Below, one piece after another: positions 49,207 through 61,700 of a stretch of DNA of 64,000 nt. Both the position numbers and the translations under genes were made by a program. Numbering within the stretch: position 1 is the first letter of the stretch; each line of letters begins with the position of its first letter. Where the stretch lies: the NCBI RefSeq assembly GCF_035084215.1, contig NC_090369.1, forward strand, positions 1,674,001-1,738,000. The letters are read 5' to 3'. The notes under the pieces were generated by a model that was not told the DNA's origin, did not search any database, and was given only the letters and a program-made list of their open reading frames with translations. The stretch is from Heptranchias perlo. Taxonomy: Eukaryota.

Positions 49207-52038
49207 TCCCAGAGCACTTCACATCCAGTGGATTACTCTAATCCCAGAGCACTTCACATCCAGTAGATTACTCTAATCCCAGAGCACTTCACATCCATTG
49301 GATTACTCTAATCCCAGAGCACTTCACATCCAATGGATTACTCTAATCCCAGAGCTCCTCACATCCAATGGATTACTCTAATCCCAGAGCACTTCACATC
49401 CAATGGATTACTCTAATCCCAGAGCACTTCACATCCAATGGATTACTCTAATCCCAGAGCACTTCACATCCAGTGGATTACTCTAATCCCAGAGCACTTC
49501 ACATCCAATGGATTACTCTAATCCCAGAGCACTTAACATCCAATGGATTACTCTAATCCCAGAGCACTTCACATCCAATGGATTACTCTAATCCCAGAGC
49601 ACTTCACATCCAGTGGATTACTCTAATCCCAGAGCACTTCACATCCAATGGATTACTCTAATCCCAGAGCACTTCACATCCAGTGGATTACTCTAATCCC
49701 AGAGCACTTCACATCCAATGGATTACTCTAATCCCAGAGCACTTCACATCCAATGGATTACTCTAATCCCAGAGCTCCTCACATCCAATGGATTACTCTA
49801 ATCCCAGAGCTCCTCACGTCCAATGGATTACTCTAATCCCAGAGCACTTCACGTCCAATGGATTTCTTTAATCCCAGAGCACTTCACGTCCAATGGATTA
49901 CTCTAATCCCAGAGCTCCTCACATCCAATGGATTACTCTAATCCCAGAGCTCCTCACATCCAATGGATTACTCTAATCCCAGAGCACTTCACATCCAATG
50001 GATTACTCTAATCCCAGAGCACTTCACATCCAATGGATTACTCTAATCCCAGAGCTCCTCACATCCAATGGATTACTCTAATCCCAGAGCACTTCACATC
50101 CAATGGATTACTCTAATCCCAGAGCACTTCACATCCAATGGATTACTCTAATCCCAGAGCACTTCACATCCAATGGATTACTCTAATCCCAGAGCACTTC
50201 ACATCCAGTGGATTACTCTAATCCCAGAGCACTTCACATCCAGTGGATTACTCTAATCCCAGAGCACTTCACATCCAGTGGATTACTTTAATCCCAGAGC
50301 ACTTCACATCCAGTGGATTACTCTAATCCCAGAGCACTTCACATCCAATGGATTACTCTAATCCCAGAGCACTTCACATCCAATGGATTACTCTAATCCC
50401 AGAGCACTTCACATCCAGTGGATTACTCTAATCCCAGAGCACTTCACATCCAGTGGATTACTTTAATCCCAGAGCACTTCACATCCAGTGGATTACTCTA
50501 ATCCCAGAGCACTTCACATCCAATGGATTACTCTAATCCCAGAGCACTTCACATCCAATGGATTACTCTAATCCCAGAGCTCCTCACATCCAATGGATTA
50601 CTCTAATCCCAGAGCTCCTCACGTCCAATGGATTACTCTAATCCCAGAGCACTTCACGTCCAATGGATTACTCTAATCCCAGAGCTCCTCACGTCCAATG
50701 GATTACTCTAATCCCAGAGCACTTCACGTCCAATGGATTACTCTAATCCCAGAGCTCCTCACGTCAAATGGATTACTCTAATCCCAGAGCACTTCACATC
50801 CAATGGATTACTCTAATCCCAGAGCACTTCACATCCAATGGATTACTCTAATCCCAGAGCTCCTCACATCCAATGGATTACTCTAATCCCAGAGCTCCTC
50901 ACATCCAATGGATTACTCTAATCCCAGAGCACTTCACATCCAATGGATTACTCTAATCCCAGAGCACTTCACATCCAATGGATTACTCTAATCCCAGAGC
51001 ACTTCACATCCAATGGATTACTCTAATCCCAGAGCACTTCACATCCAATGGATTACTCTAATCCCAGAGCTCCTCACATCCAATGGATTACTCTAATCCC
51101 AGAGCTCCTCACATCCAATGGATTACTCTAATCCCAGAGCTCCTCACATCCAATGGATTACTCTAATCCCAGAGCACTTCACATCCAATGGATTTCTTTA
51201 ATCCCAGAGCACTTCACATCCAATGGATTACTCTAATCCCAGAGCTCCTCACATCCAATGGATTACTCTAATCCCAGAGCTCCTCACATCCAATGGATTA
51301 CTCTAATCCCAGAGCACTTCACATCCAATGGATTTCTTTAATCCCAGAGCACTTCACATCCAATGGATTTCTTTAATCCCAGAGCACTTCACATCCAATG
51401 GATTACTCTAATCCCAGAGCACTTCACATCCAATGGATTACTCTAATCCCAGAGCACTTCACATCCAATGGATTACTCTAATCCCAGAGCACTTCACATC
51501 CAGTGGATTACTCTAATCCCAGAGCACTTCACATCCAATGGATTACTCTAATCCCAGAGCACTTCACATCCAATGGATTACTCTAATCCCAGAGCTCCTC
51601 ACATCCAATGGATTACTCTAATCCCAGAGCACTTCACATTCAATGGATTACTCTAATCCCAGAGCACTTCACATCCAATGGATTACTCTAATCCCAGAGC
51701 ACTTCACATCCAATGGATTACTCTAATCCCAGAGCACTTCACATCCAATGGATTACTCTAATCCCAGAGCACTTCACATCCAGTGGATTACTCTAATCCC
51801 AGAGCACTTCACATCCAATGGATTATTCTAATCCCAGAGCTCCTCACATCCAGTGGATTACTCTAATCCCAGAGCACTTCACATCCAATGGATTACTCTA
51901 ATCCCAGAGCACTTCACATCCAGTGGATTACTCTAATCCCAGAACACTTCACATCCAATGGATTACTCTAATCCCAGAGCTCCTCACATCCAGTGGATTA
52001 CTCTAATCCCAGAGCTCCTCACATCCAATTAATTACTT
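49207..52038. repeat. Minisatellite, 35-bp unit, about 81 copies, embedded in a Deu-SINE
   Basis: Unit ATCCCAGAGCACTTCACATCCAATGGATTACTCTA with interspersed variants (CAGTGG, GCTCCTC, ACGTC, TTTCTTT); SINE sequence continues on both sides (49170-49206 and 52039-52350). Confidence 0.95.
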
Positions 52039-55000
52039 TAAAGTGCAGTGACTTGTGGTAATCTGGTAAATGTGGCAGCCATTTTGTGCACAGTGAAGTG
52101 ATGAAAGACCAGTTAATCTGTGTTTGGTGTAGCTGGTTGAGGAGGAATTTTGGCCAGGACATGAAGAGAACTCCCTGCTCTTCTTCCAGTAACACCATGG
52201 GGATCTTTTACATCTACCTGAACCATCCTATAGGAGGACCTCACTTTAACATATCACCTGAAAGACAGCACCTCTGAAGGCAGCACAGATTATATGTTCA
52301 AGTCCTGAAGTGAGGCTTGAAGTGTCTTAAAAGTGAAAGTGATACTAACTGAGCATTTCCTACCGGTATTTCACGCAACTCATGCTGATGGCTGGGCTAT
52401 GGCTATGTAATTTTAATTGAGTCGTCGTGCAGCGAGTCAAATCTTCTTCAATTTATCCTAAAATCTTATACTTCTAAGAATGCTGCTGAGAGGCAGCCAT
52501 GTTGTACAGAACTCCTGTTGTGATATTGTGAAGGGTGATGCCAGTGGGAGTGGTGATATATCAGCAATATTCTCATCGATCACAATGTTGGTTCGGATAA
52601 AGAAGGCCTTTAAAGAAGGCTCATTTGATCTCACCCTTCCAAAAAAAAACAACCCTGCCGTCTCCCCATTAGCTGCTGTTCAATGATTACAGATTACTGT
52701 AATCCTCTACTGCCTTGGATCTGTGATATCATCCTCTGTAAATAAGTACATGCTGACACCTGTCCTAAACTTGCCCTTCACAAGCTTGACCCTCTGCCCT
52801 CTTGCATCTAAAAGTATTGTTTCGGGTTCACTTTATCCCATGAAGAACTTTCTAAACCTCTGGATGGTCCACTCAGGGGTGTCTCTTTTTGAGGCCAAAC
52901 AGCCCCAGTTTATCAAATTGTTCTCATATCTCTCCCCTCCAGCATGGGAGATTACTAATGGCAGCTCTGGAGTTAGAAGAATAAACCTGCATTTATATAG
53001 CGCCTTTCACGACCGCCGGATGTCCCAAAACGCTTCACAGCAAATGAAGAACTTTTGAAGTGGAATTGTTAATGTACTGTCAGGAACACTGCAGCCAGTT
53101 TGCATACAGCAAGGTACATCACACAGCAATGAGATATGTGACCAGTTTATTTTTTAAAAACAAATGTTGGCTAGGGCACCTCCCCTTGGAATAGTGCCAT
53201 GGGATTATTTACACCCACCTGAGCGGGCAGACAGAGCCTCGGTTTAACGTCTCATCCAAAAGATGGCACCTCCGACAGTGCAGCACTCCCTCAATACTGC
53301 ACCGGGAGTGTCGGCCTGGATTATGTACTCAAGTCTCTGGAGTGGGACTTGAACCCTCGACCTTCTCACTCAGAGGCAAGAGTGTTACTACTGGGTGGAG
53401 ACAGACACTTTGGAACATTGTGGTGAATTGAGGCAAGAGGGAAATGGGCTCTGTTGATGGATCTGGATTGCTAGAATGCGGCTTTCTCAGTGTGCTGATT
53501 ACTGATGTATTTTCACTGACATCCGGGTGAGATTTCCAACTTATCTGGAACAACAACAACTTGCATTCATAGAGTGCCTTCAACATAGTAAAACGTCCCA
53601 AGGCGCTTCATGGGAGCTTTATCAAACAACGTTTGATACTGCAGAAAGTCTTGTGCTGTGGGCAATGCCTATTGTGAAATGCTCAAAACTCATTTCAGAT
53701 GGGGCCCTTTAAAGCCAGTGGACAGCAGAGGTTTTAATCCCACTCCTTTGGGCTGGATTTAAACCAAGGTCCCAGAGGGTAAAGGACAAGGGTAAAGGGT
53801 GGTGACCGAATGCAGCAGCTAGTTCACCCTGAGCGGGGAGCACTTGATGCTGACACTGGGTGACAGAAATGTAGTTTCCCCAATACTGACGGTCTTCACC
53901 TGCAGGAGTGTTAAAAGAAATGAAGCAAAAATGTAATTTCAAATGAAATGTGTAAAACCATAGAAATCAAATCAAATCAAATTTGATAGAAAATATCAAC
54001 CTTTATACAGAAAAGAACTCAGTTTTTGTCAGTACAGATAAAATCTTATTGCAATTACTTGCTTAATGTACAGCACGCCCCCCACCACCCACCCCACACC
54101 GTGTTTGGTCTTCATAGGTGCAGGAAGTCATCACTCAATGAAATGATGGAGTTAGTGAAGTTTTCCAGTTAACCCAGCTCAGAGCAGCTTAGTTTGATAA
54201 ACATATCAACTGAGGGCTGTATTACCCTGACTGCCCCGTGTCACTCAGTCTCTGAAGGGATTGGCCATTCTTGATTCAGTTGCTAAGAGTCGAATCTCGG
54301 CTATACGGAAGTGGTTTCACTTGGGAATTCACACAGCAGCAATTTACAGCAGCAAGCCACGTTCAACCAGTCTGAGAGGATGAAGGGGAAGACAAAGACT
54401 ATGGTCAGCTGGTCTCCAAACATTGGTGGATATTCTGAATTCAATAACATTGTTTAATCCTTCTCTCCATCGTCCCTTTTTTTTTGGCAAAGAAGAGCAG
54501 AAACCATGGCTGATTAGAATCATTGAATGTTACAACACAGAAACAGCCCATTTGGCCCGTCGAGTCTGCTGGTGTTTTTCTCCACGAGCTATCAAGTCTA
54601 ATCCCACTCTGCTGCTTGCTCTCCATACCCTTTAATATTCCCCTTTATCAAGCAACTGTTTAATTCCCTTTTACAAAGAATTCATGGGCTCTGCTTCAGT
54701 AATAGTTTGTGGTGGAGAATTCCACATTTTAGCCACCCTTACATAAAATATACAGCACAGAAACAGGCCATTCGGCCCAACTGGTCTATGCCGGTGTTTA
54801 TACTCCACACGAGCCTCCTCCCACCCCTCTTCACCCTGGTTTAAGTAAATGTTTTTAATAACCTATTTAATTCCTTTTATAATTATTTTAAATTTTACCC
54901 CTCACGACCATCTCACTGACCTGTGGACTTTATCATAACCCTTCATGATCTTGAAAACATCTATTGGGTCACCCTCCCTTAACCTTCTTGGCTCCAGTAA

Positions 55001-55720
55001 AAAAGCCCTACCTATTCATGGCTCTTCTTAACTGTAGTTCCTCATCCCTTGTGGATCTACAATGCACCTTTTCCATTATTCCCCACTCTAACCCAAGGGC
55101 ACTAAGGCCATTGTGGTGCTACTACTGCGCTATCCTCTCCCCCAACTGAGATCAGCTAACTTTGCACAGACCAGCAATGGTTCCTGGCTGGAATAAATTA
55201 CCCGAAGGATGGAAGGTTTGATCTACTTTTGTCATGTATTCATCACAGTCTGCAGGCCCAGACATGTGGCTTCAACACAAGAGAGCAAAAGCGTGATGCT
55301 GTAATCCAATATCTTATTGTGAATAAGGGAGACATCTGTACATAGTTATTGGCAGCTCTTAGTCCCGCCATTGTGCCTCTGTTTCATCCATTATCACTGC
55401 TGGCTGTAAACAGCCATTTTGTCTCCACATCTCTTAGCAGTGACACCCATCAAGTCTTGCTTCAGCGAGATCCTGATCGGGAAGTATTGCCCACACCCAG
55501 CTATCTGCACTCCTGGTACAGGAGGGTCATTTCACAGTGTCACAGGTGGGAGGGGGTGGGTGGGCTGAGTGGTTACCCCTATGCTGTCTCCAGCCAGCGC
55601 TTTTCACACACAGGAACAAGAAGCACTGAGAGGCAGCAGTAAAAGAATGCACATCCCCTTTAATAACAGGGTCAGTGGCAAATTGAGGTTTAAATACAAA
55701 CATTCAGTAGTGTGCTCACC

Positions 55721-58700
55721 TTATCCAACATGTTTTGTCAAGCCATCTCCTGAAATACAGAATAAAACTTAAAGTCAACACGTAGACAGGGGCTCTGAGC
55801 TGCTACATTCTCATAGAAGTCAATATGTCTACACATTAATATACAACGGGATATCTACTATCCACTATAATGGAGGGGACACCCACCCCCGGCCCTCGAT
55901 GTTACAATGGAAATTGGCAGATAATTGAGAGTCGGCAAATTTTGGTCTTGCGTGTACTGTATAGCAATCTCCTTGGCATGAGAACGATGACAAGTACAAT
56001 ACATAGGAACAGGAGGAGGCCATTCAGCCCCTCCAGCCTGTTCTGCCATTCTATTAGATCATGGCTCACCTGTACCTTAACTCCATCTACACGCCTTGGT
56101 TCCGTAACCCTTACAATAACAGAAGCTGAATCGACTCTTTCTTGGACAGAAGGAGATTGAGGTTATCATGGTTGTGCAAGGAGACGATGTATTGCACAGT
56201 CTTTGTCTTGCAAAAACTCTGATAGATAATCAGGAAAGTGCGTGAAATAGAGATTCTGCTGTCTTCACAGGCAAGGTTGGGTTACTGCAAAGGCCCTGCT
56301 GGTCTCCTTTCATCCCAAACCCTTAACTCTCTGACCTGGAAGAAGAGACACTGCCAGCTCTGCCAGCTTACACTGGGCAACTAAGTGCGAAGCTCATGAA
56401 GGGCAGAGTTTCGGTACCAAGGACAGCTCCTTGCCCGCAAACCATTCTCTTTTCAGTATAACTTGATATCACCTCCAGGTTCCCCTCCAAGTCACATACC
56501 ATCCCAACTTGGACATACATCAGCCGTTCCTTCATCATCGTTGGGTCAAAATCCTGGAACTCCCCAGATAACAGCACTGTGAGAGCATCTCCACCACACG
56601 GACTGCAGCGGTTCAAGAAGGCGGCTCACCACCACCTTCTCAAGGGACAACTAGGGACGGGCAATAAATGCCGGCCTCGCCAGCAACGCCCATGTCCCAA
56701 GAATGAATTTTTAAGAATTTAGTTGGAAATGCTGGTTACAGTCCATAATAAAGCAGATTGTACCTGGTCAGTGGAGAGAATGGACCTGATAGAGTCCATG
56801 CTTCTCTTTGTAAGACCAATACAACCTGCACTAACACTAGTCTGTAACATTGTAAATGACCACTGTGCATAACTTTTATGATTAAATAAATAAATAAGAG
56901 TTAATTTTACAAATTTGCACTGTTTTCCTTATCTGAATTCCCAATAGATGCTCCTCTCGGGCAAAGCTCTGCGCTGGGAGCCCTCATTCATGAAGTCCAA
57001 CACAACACCTCGATGCCAGTACGATGCCACGCTTGTGACTGTTTTTGTCTCGTGCCAGGGAAGCTGTTACCTGAATTTGCGCTAGAGGCGGAGGCGTTCG
57101 ATTGCATGCTGACTTGACTCCGGTTCGACTTTCGTTGTTGTTGGTCTTTTATGAAAACCACTGAGAAGCAGAAGAGGTTAACAGCTCGCTGTAAGTACAT
57201 GTCTGGTTCTCCCAACCCACCCATATCAATGCGAAACTGCCCGCAGTGAATATTATGTATTTGTCTTACCTGTTGGTGTGGTGATACGGGACTGGCAGCC
57301 TGAACGGGACATAAATCAGAATTAAAACCTTGAAGTTTACAACAAGTGCACTGAATTGATGACACTAGGCTTATGGAAGTCCCTCTACGATCACTGCTTC
57401 CAGTGATCAGAGCGTTCAGAGAATGTCTGCGCTACGATAAAATGTGGGATTTACGTCCATAGATGCCAACAGCCCTCACCAACGTGGTCACTCTTCAATG
57501 ATGGCTATTTGGCAGCGGGGAGGCATTACGGCCAAGCCTGACCCTTTCCTTATAGATGTGCCCCTTTCAGCAGTGATCACTGGGCAGCAATGATGAACAA
57601 GAGATCTGGCTGATTTAGCGCCTTCCCCAGCTCAAGAGGCCACCCCATGCTGTCACCCCAGAATAGATCAGTGAACCATCTGGTGCAGACGATTCAGTTA
57701 CACGCCATATGTTGGATTTATCCACTGAGGCATTGGGGAGGCACTAAAGCTTTATTTACTTCAAGTCTTCAAAACTTCCAACATTTTGTTTTGAAAAGGA
57801 AGAAAGACTTGCATTTATATAGTGCCTTTCACGACCTCAGGACGTCCCAAAGCACTTTACAGCCAATCAAATACTTTTGAGGTGTGGCCACTGTTGTAAT
57901 GTAGGAAACGCAGCAGCCAATTTGTGCACAGCCAGATCCCACAATCAGCAATGTGATAAATGACCAGGTCATCTGGTTTTGCTTTGGTGATATTGGTTGA
58001 GGGATAAATATTGGCCAGGACACTAGGGAGAATTAGTGCCATGGGATCTTTTACATCTACCTGAGAGGGCAGATGGGGCCTCGGTTTAATGTCTCAACCG
58101 AAAGACGGCACCTCCGACAGTGCAGGACTCCCTCAGTACTGCACTGGAGTGTCAGCCTGGATTCTGAAGAGTGGTTAGTGCATCTAGGTAGGTACCGTAT
58201 AACATTAATCAGAGTGGTCTCCTTGACTAGTTTTGATCGCGTATAAGGGGTCGGAGAGGAACCTTCCAGATTTTTTTCCCTAATTGGCCTGGGTTTTTAA
58301 ATCTGTTTTCTCGCCTTTCGATCACATGACTTTCGGGTGGGGAGTGTATACATTGTGATGCACAAGGAACAGGCTGGATGGATCAGTGGGTCTTTTCCTG
58401 TCAGTCACTGTTCGTATCTAAACATGTGACAGCACTGAGCACATGCACTAAACATATTTCATGAATAATTTTTTGAGTCTTATGTGATTTGCAATTCACA
58501 AACATGCTGAGAGGTTATAACTATCTGGAAAAGACTGAACAGGCTGGGGCTCTTTTCTCTAGAAAAATGAAGGCTGAGGGGTGACCTGATAGAGGTCTTT
58601 AAAATTGTGAAGGTGTTCGATAGGGTAGACGTAGAGATGATGTTTCCATTTGTGGTGGAGACCAAAACTAGGGGCCATAAATATCTCAGAGAGTGGGCAG

Positions 58701-61700
58701 AATGTGAAACTCGCTACCACAAGGAGTAGTTGAGGCGAATAGCATAGAATGATAGAATGGTTACAGCACAGAAGGAGGCCATTCAGCCCATCGAGCCTGT
58801 GCCGGCTCTTTGTAAGAACAATCCAGTTATTCCCACTCCCCTGCTCTTTCTCCGTAGCGCTGCAAATTTTTTCCTTTCAATTATTTATCCAATTTCTTTT
58901 TGAAAGCCATGATTGAATCTGCTTCCACCGCCCCTTCAGGCAGCGCATTCCAGATCATAACTTGTTGCATAAAAAAGATTTCCTCATGTCGTCTTTAGTT
59001 CTTTTGCCAATCACCTTAAATCTGTGTTCTCTGGTTCTCAATCCTTCCATCAATGGGAACAGTTTCTCTTTATTTACTTTATCTAAACCCTTCATGATTT
59101 TGAACACTTCTATCAAATCTCCTCTTGACCTTCTCTGCTCTAAGGAGAACAATCCCAGCTTCTCCAGTCTCTCCACATAGCTGAAGTCCCTCATTCCTGG
59201 AACCATTCTAGTAAATCTTTTCTGCACCCTCCCTAAGCCTTTCACATCCTTCCTAATGTGTGGTGCCCAGAATTGGACACAATACTCCAGTTTTGGCCAA
59301 ACCAGTGTTTTATAAAGGTTCAAAATAACCTCCTTGCTTTTGTACTCTATGCCTCTATTTATAAAGCCCAGGATCCCGTATGCTTTTTTAACCGCTTTCT
59401 CAACCTGCCCTGCCACCTTCAAAGATTTGTGCACATATACCCCCAGGTGTCTCTGTTCCTGCACCTCCTTTAGAATTGTACCATTTAATTTATATTGCCT
59501 CTTCTCATTCTTCCTGCCAAAATGTATGTGGTTAGGAAGTTGGCTGAGTGAAAGGCGACAGAGAGTAGGGACAAGGTAAGTACTCACATTGGCAGGATGT
59601 GACTAGTGGAGTCCCGCAGGGATCTGCCTTGGGGCCTCAATTATTCACAATATTTATTAACGACTCAGATGAAGACATAGAAAGTCTCATATCTAAGTTT
59701 GCCGATGACACAAAGATTGGTGGCATTGTAAGCAGTGTAGATGAAAACATAAAATTACAGAGGGATATTGATAGATTAGGTGAATGGGCAAAACTGTGGC
59801 AAATGGAATTCATGTAGGCAAATGTGAGATCATCCACTTTGGATCAAAAAAGGATAGAACAGGGTACTTTCTAAATGGTAAAAAGTTAAAAACAGTGGAT
59901 GTCCAAAGGGACTTAGGGGTTCAGGTACATAGATCATTGAAGTGTCATGAACAGGTGCAGAAAATAATCAACAAGGCTAATGGAATGCTGGCCTTTATAT
60001 CTAGAGGACTAGAGTACAAGGGGGCAGAAGTTATGCTGCAGCTACACAAAATCCTGGTTAGACCGCACCTGGAGTACTGTGAGCAGTTCTGGGCACCGCA
60101 CCTTCGGAAGGACATATTGGCCTTGGAGGGAGTGCAGCGTAGGTTTACTAGAATGATACCCAGACTTCAAGGGTTAAGTTACGAGGAGAGATTACACAAA
60201 TTGTGGTTTTATTCTCTAGAGTTTAGAAGGTTAAGGGGTGATCTGATCGAAGTTTATAAGATATTAAAGGGAACAGATAGGGTGGATAGAGAGAAACTAT
60301 TTCCGCTGGTTGGGGATTCTAGGAGTAGGGGGCACAGTTTAAAAATTAGAGCCAGACCTTTCAGGAGTGAGATTAGAAAACATTTCTACACACAAAGGGT
60401 GGTAGAAGTTTGGAACTCTTTTCCGCAAACGGCAATTGATGCTAGCTCATTGCAAAATTTAAATCTGAGATAGATGGCTTTTTGGCAACCAAAGGTATTA
60501 AGGGATATGGGCCAAAGGCAGGTATATGGAGTTAGATCACAGATCAGCCATGATCTTATCAAATGGCGGAGCAGGCACAAGGGGCTGAATGGCCTACTGC
60601 TGTTCCTATCAATTTGCACTTCTCTATGTTAAATTTCATCTGCCACGTGTCCGCCCATTCCACCAGCCTGTCTATGTCCTCTTGAAGTCTATCACTATCC
60701 TCCTCACTATTTACTACACTTCCAAGTTTTGTGTCATCTGCAAATTTTGAAATTGTGCCCTGTACACCCAAGTCCAAGTCATTAATATATATCAAAAAAA
60801 GCAGTGGTCCCAGCACCGACCCCTGGCAAACATCATTTACACCTTCCTCCCGTCCGAAAAACAACCGTTCACCACTACTCTCTGCTTCCTGTCACTTCGC
60901 CAATTTCATATCCATGCTGCCACTGCCCCTTTTATTCCATGGGCTTCAATTTTGCTGACAAGCCTATTATGTGGCACTTCATCAAATGCCTTTTGAAAGT
61001 CCATATACGCAATATCAACCCTCTCTGTTACCTCATCAAAAAACTCAATCAGGTTAGTTAAACACGATTGTCCTTTAACAAACCCATGCTGGCTTTCCTT
61101 TATTAATCCTCTGGCACCACCCCCATATCTAAGGAGGATTGGAAGATTATGAACAGCACCTCTGCAATTTCCACCTTTACTTCCCTCAGCAACCAAGGAT
61201 ACATCCCATCCGGACCGGGTGACTTATCTACTTTAAGTACAGCTAGCTTTTCTAGTACCTCCTCTAGCAATTTTTAGCCCATCCAGTATCTCAACTACAT
61301 CTTCCTTTACTGTGACTTTGGCAGCATCTTCTTCCTTGGTAAAGACAGATGCAAAGTACTCATTTAGTACCTCGGCCATGCCCTCTGCCTCCATGCATAG
61401 ATCTCCTTTCTGGTCCCAAAATGGCTCCACCCCTCCTCTTACTTCCCATTTACTATTTATATGCCTGTAGAAGACTTTTGGATTCCCTTTTGTGAGCAGC
61501 CAGCCTATTCTCATACTCTATCTTTGCCCCTCTATTTCCTTTTTCACTTCTCCTCTGTACTTTTTATATTCAGCCTGGTTCTCATTTGTATTATCAACCT
61601 GACACCTGTCTTACGCCCCCTTATTCTGCTTCATTTTACTCTCTTTCTCTTTTGTCATCCAGGGAGTTCTGGCTTTGGTTGCCGTACCTTTCCCCCTCGT

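Noticed and set aside
49207-52038. CRISPR-like appearance of the 35-bp repeats
   Set aside because: Units are directly adjacent with no unique spacers, and the context is eukaryotic.
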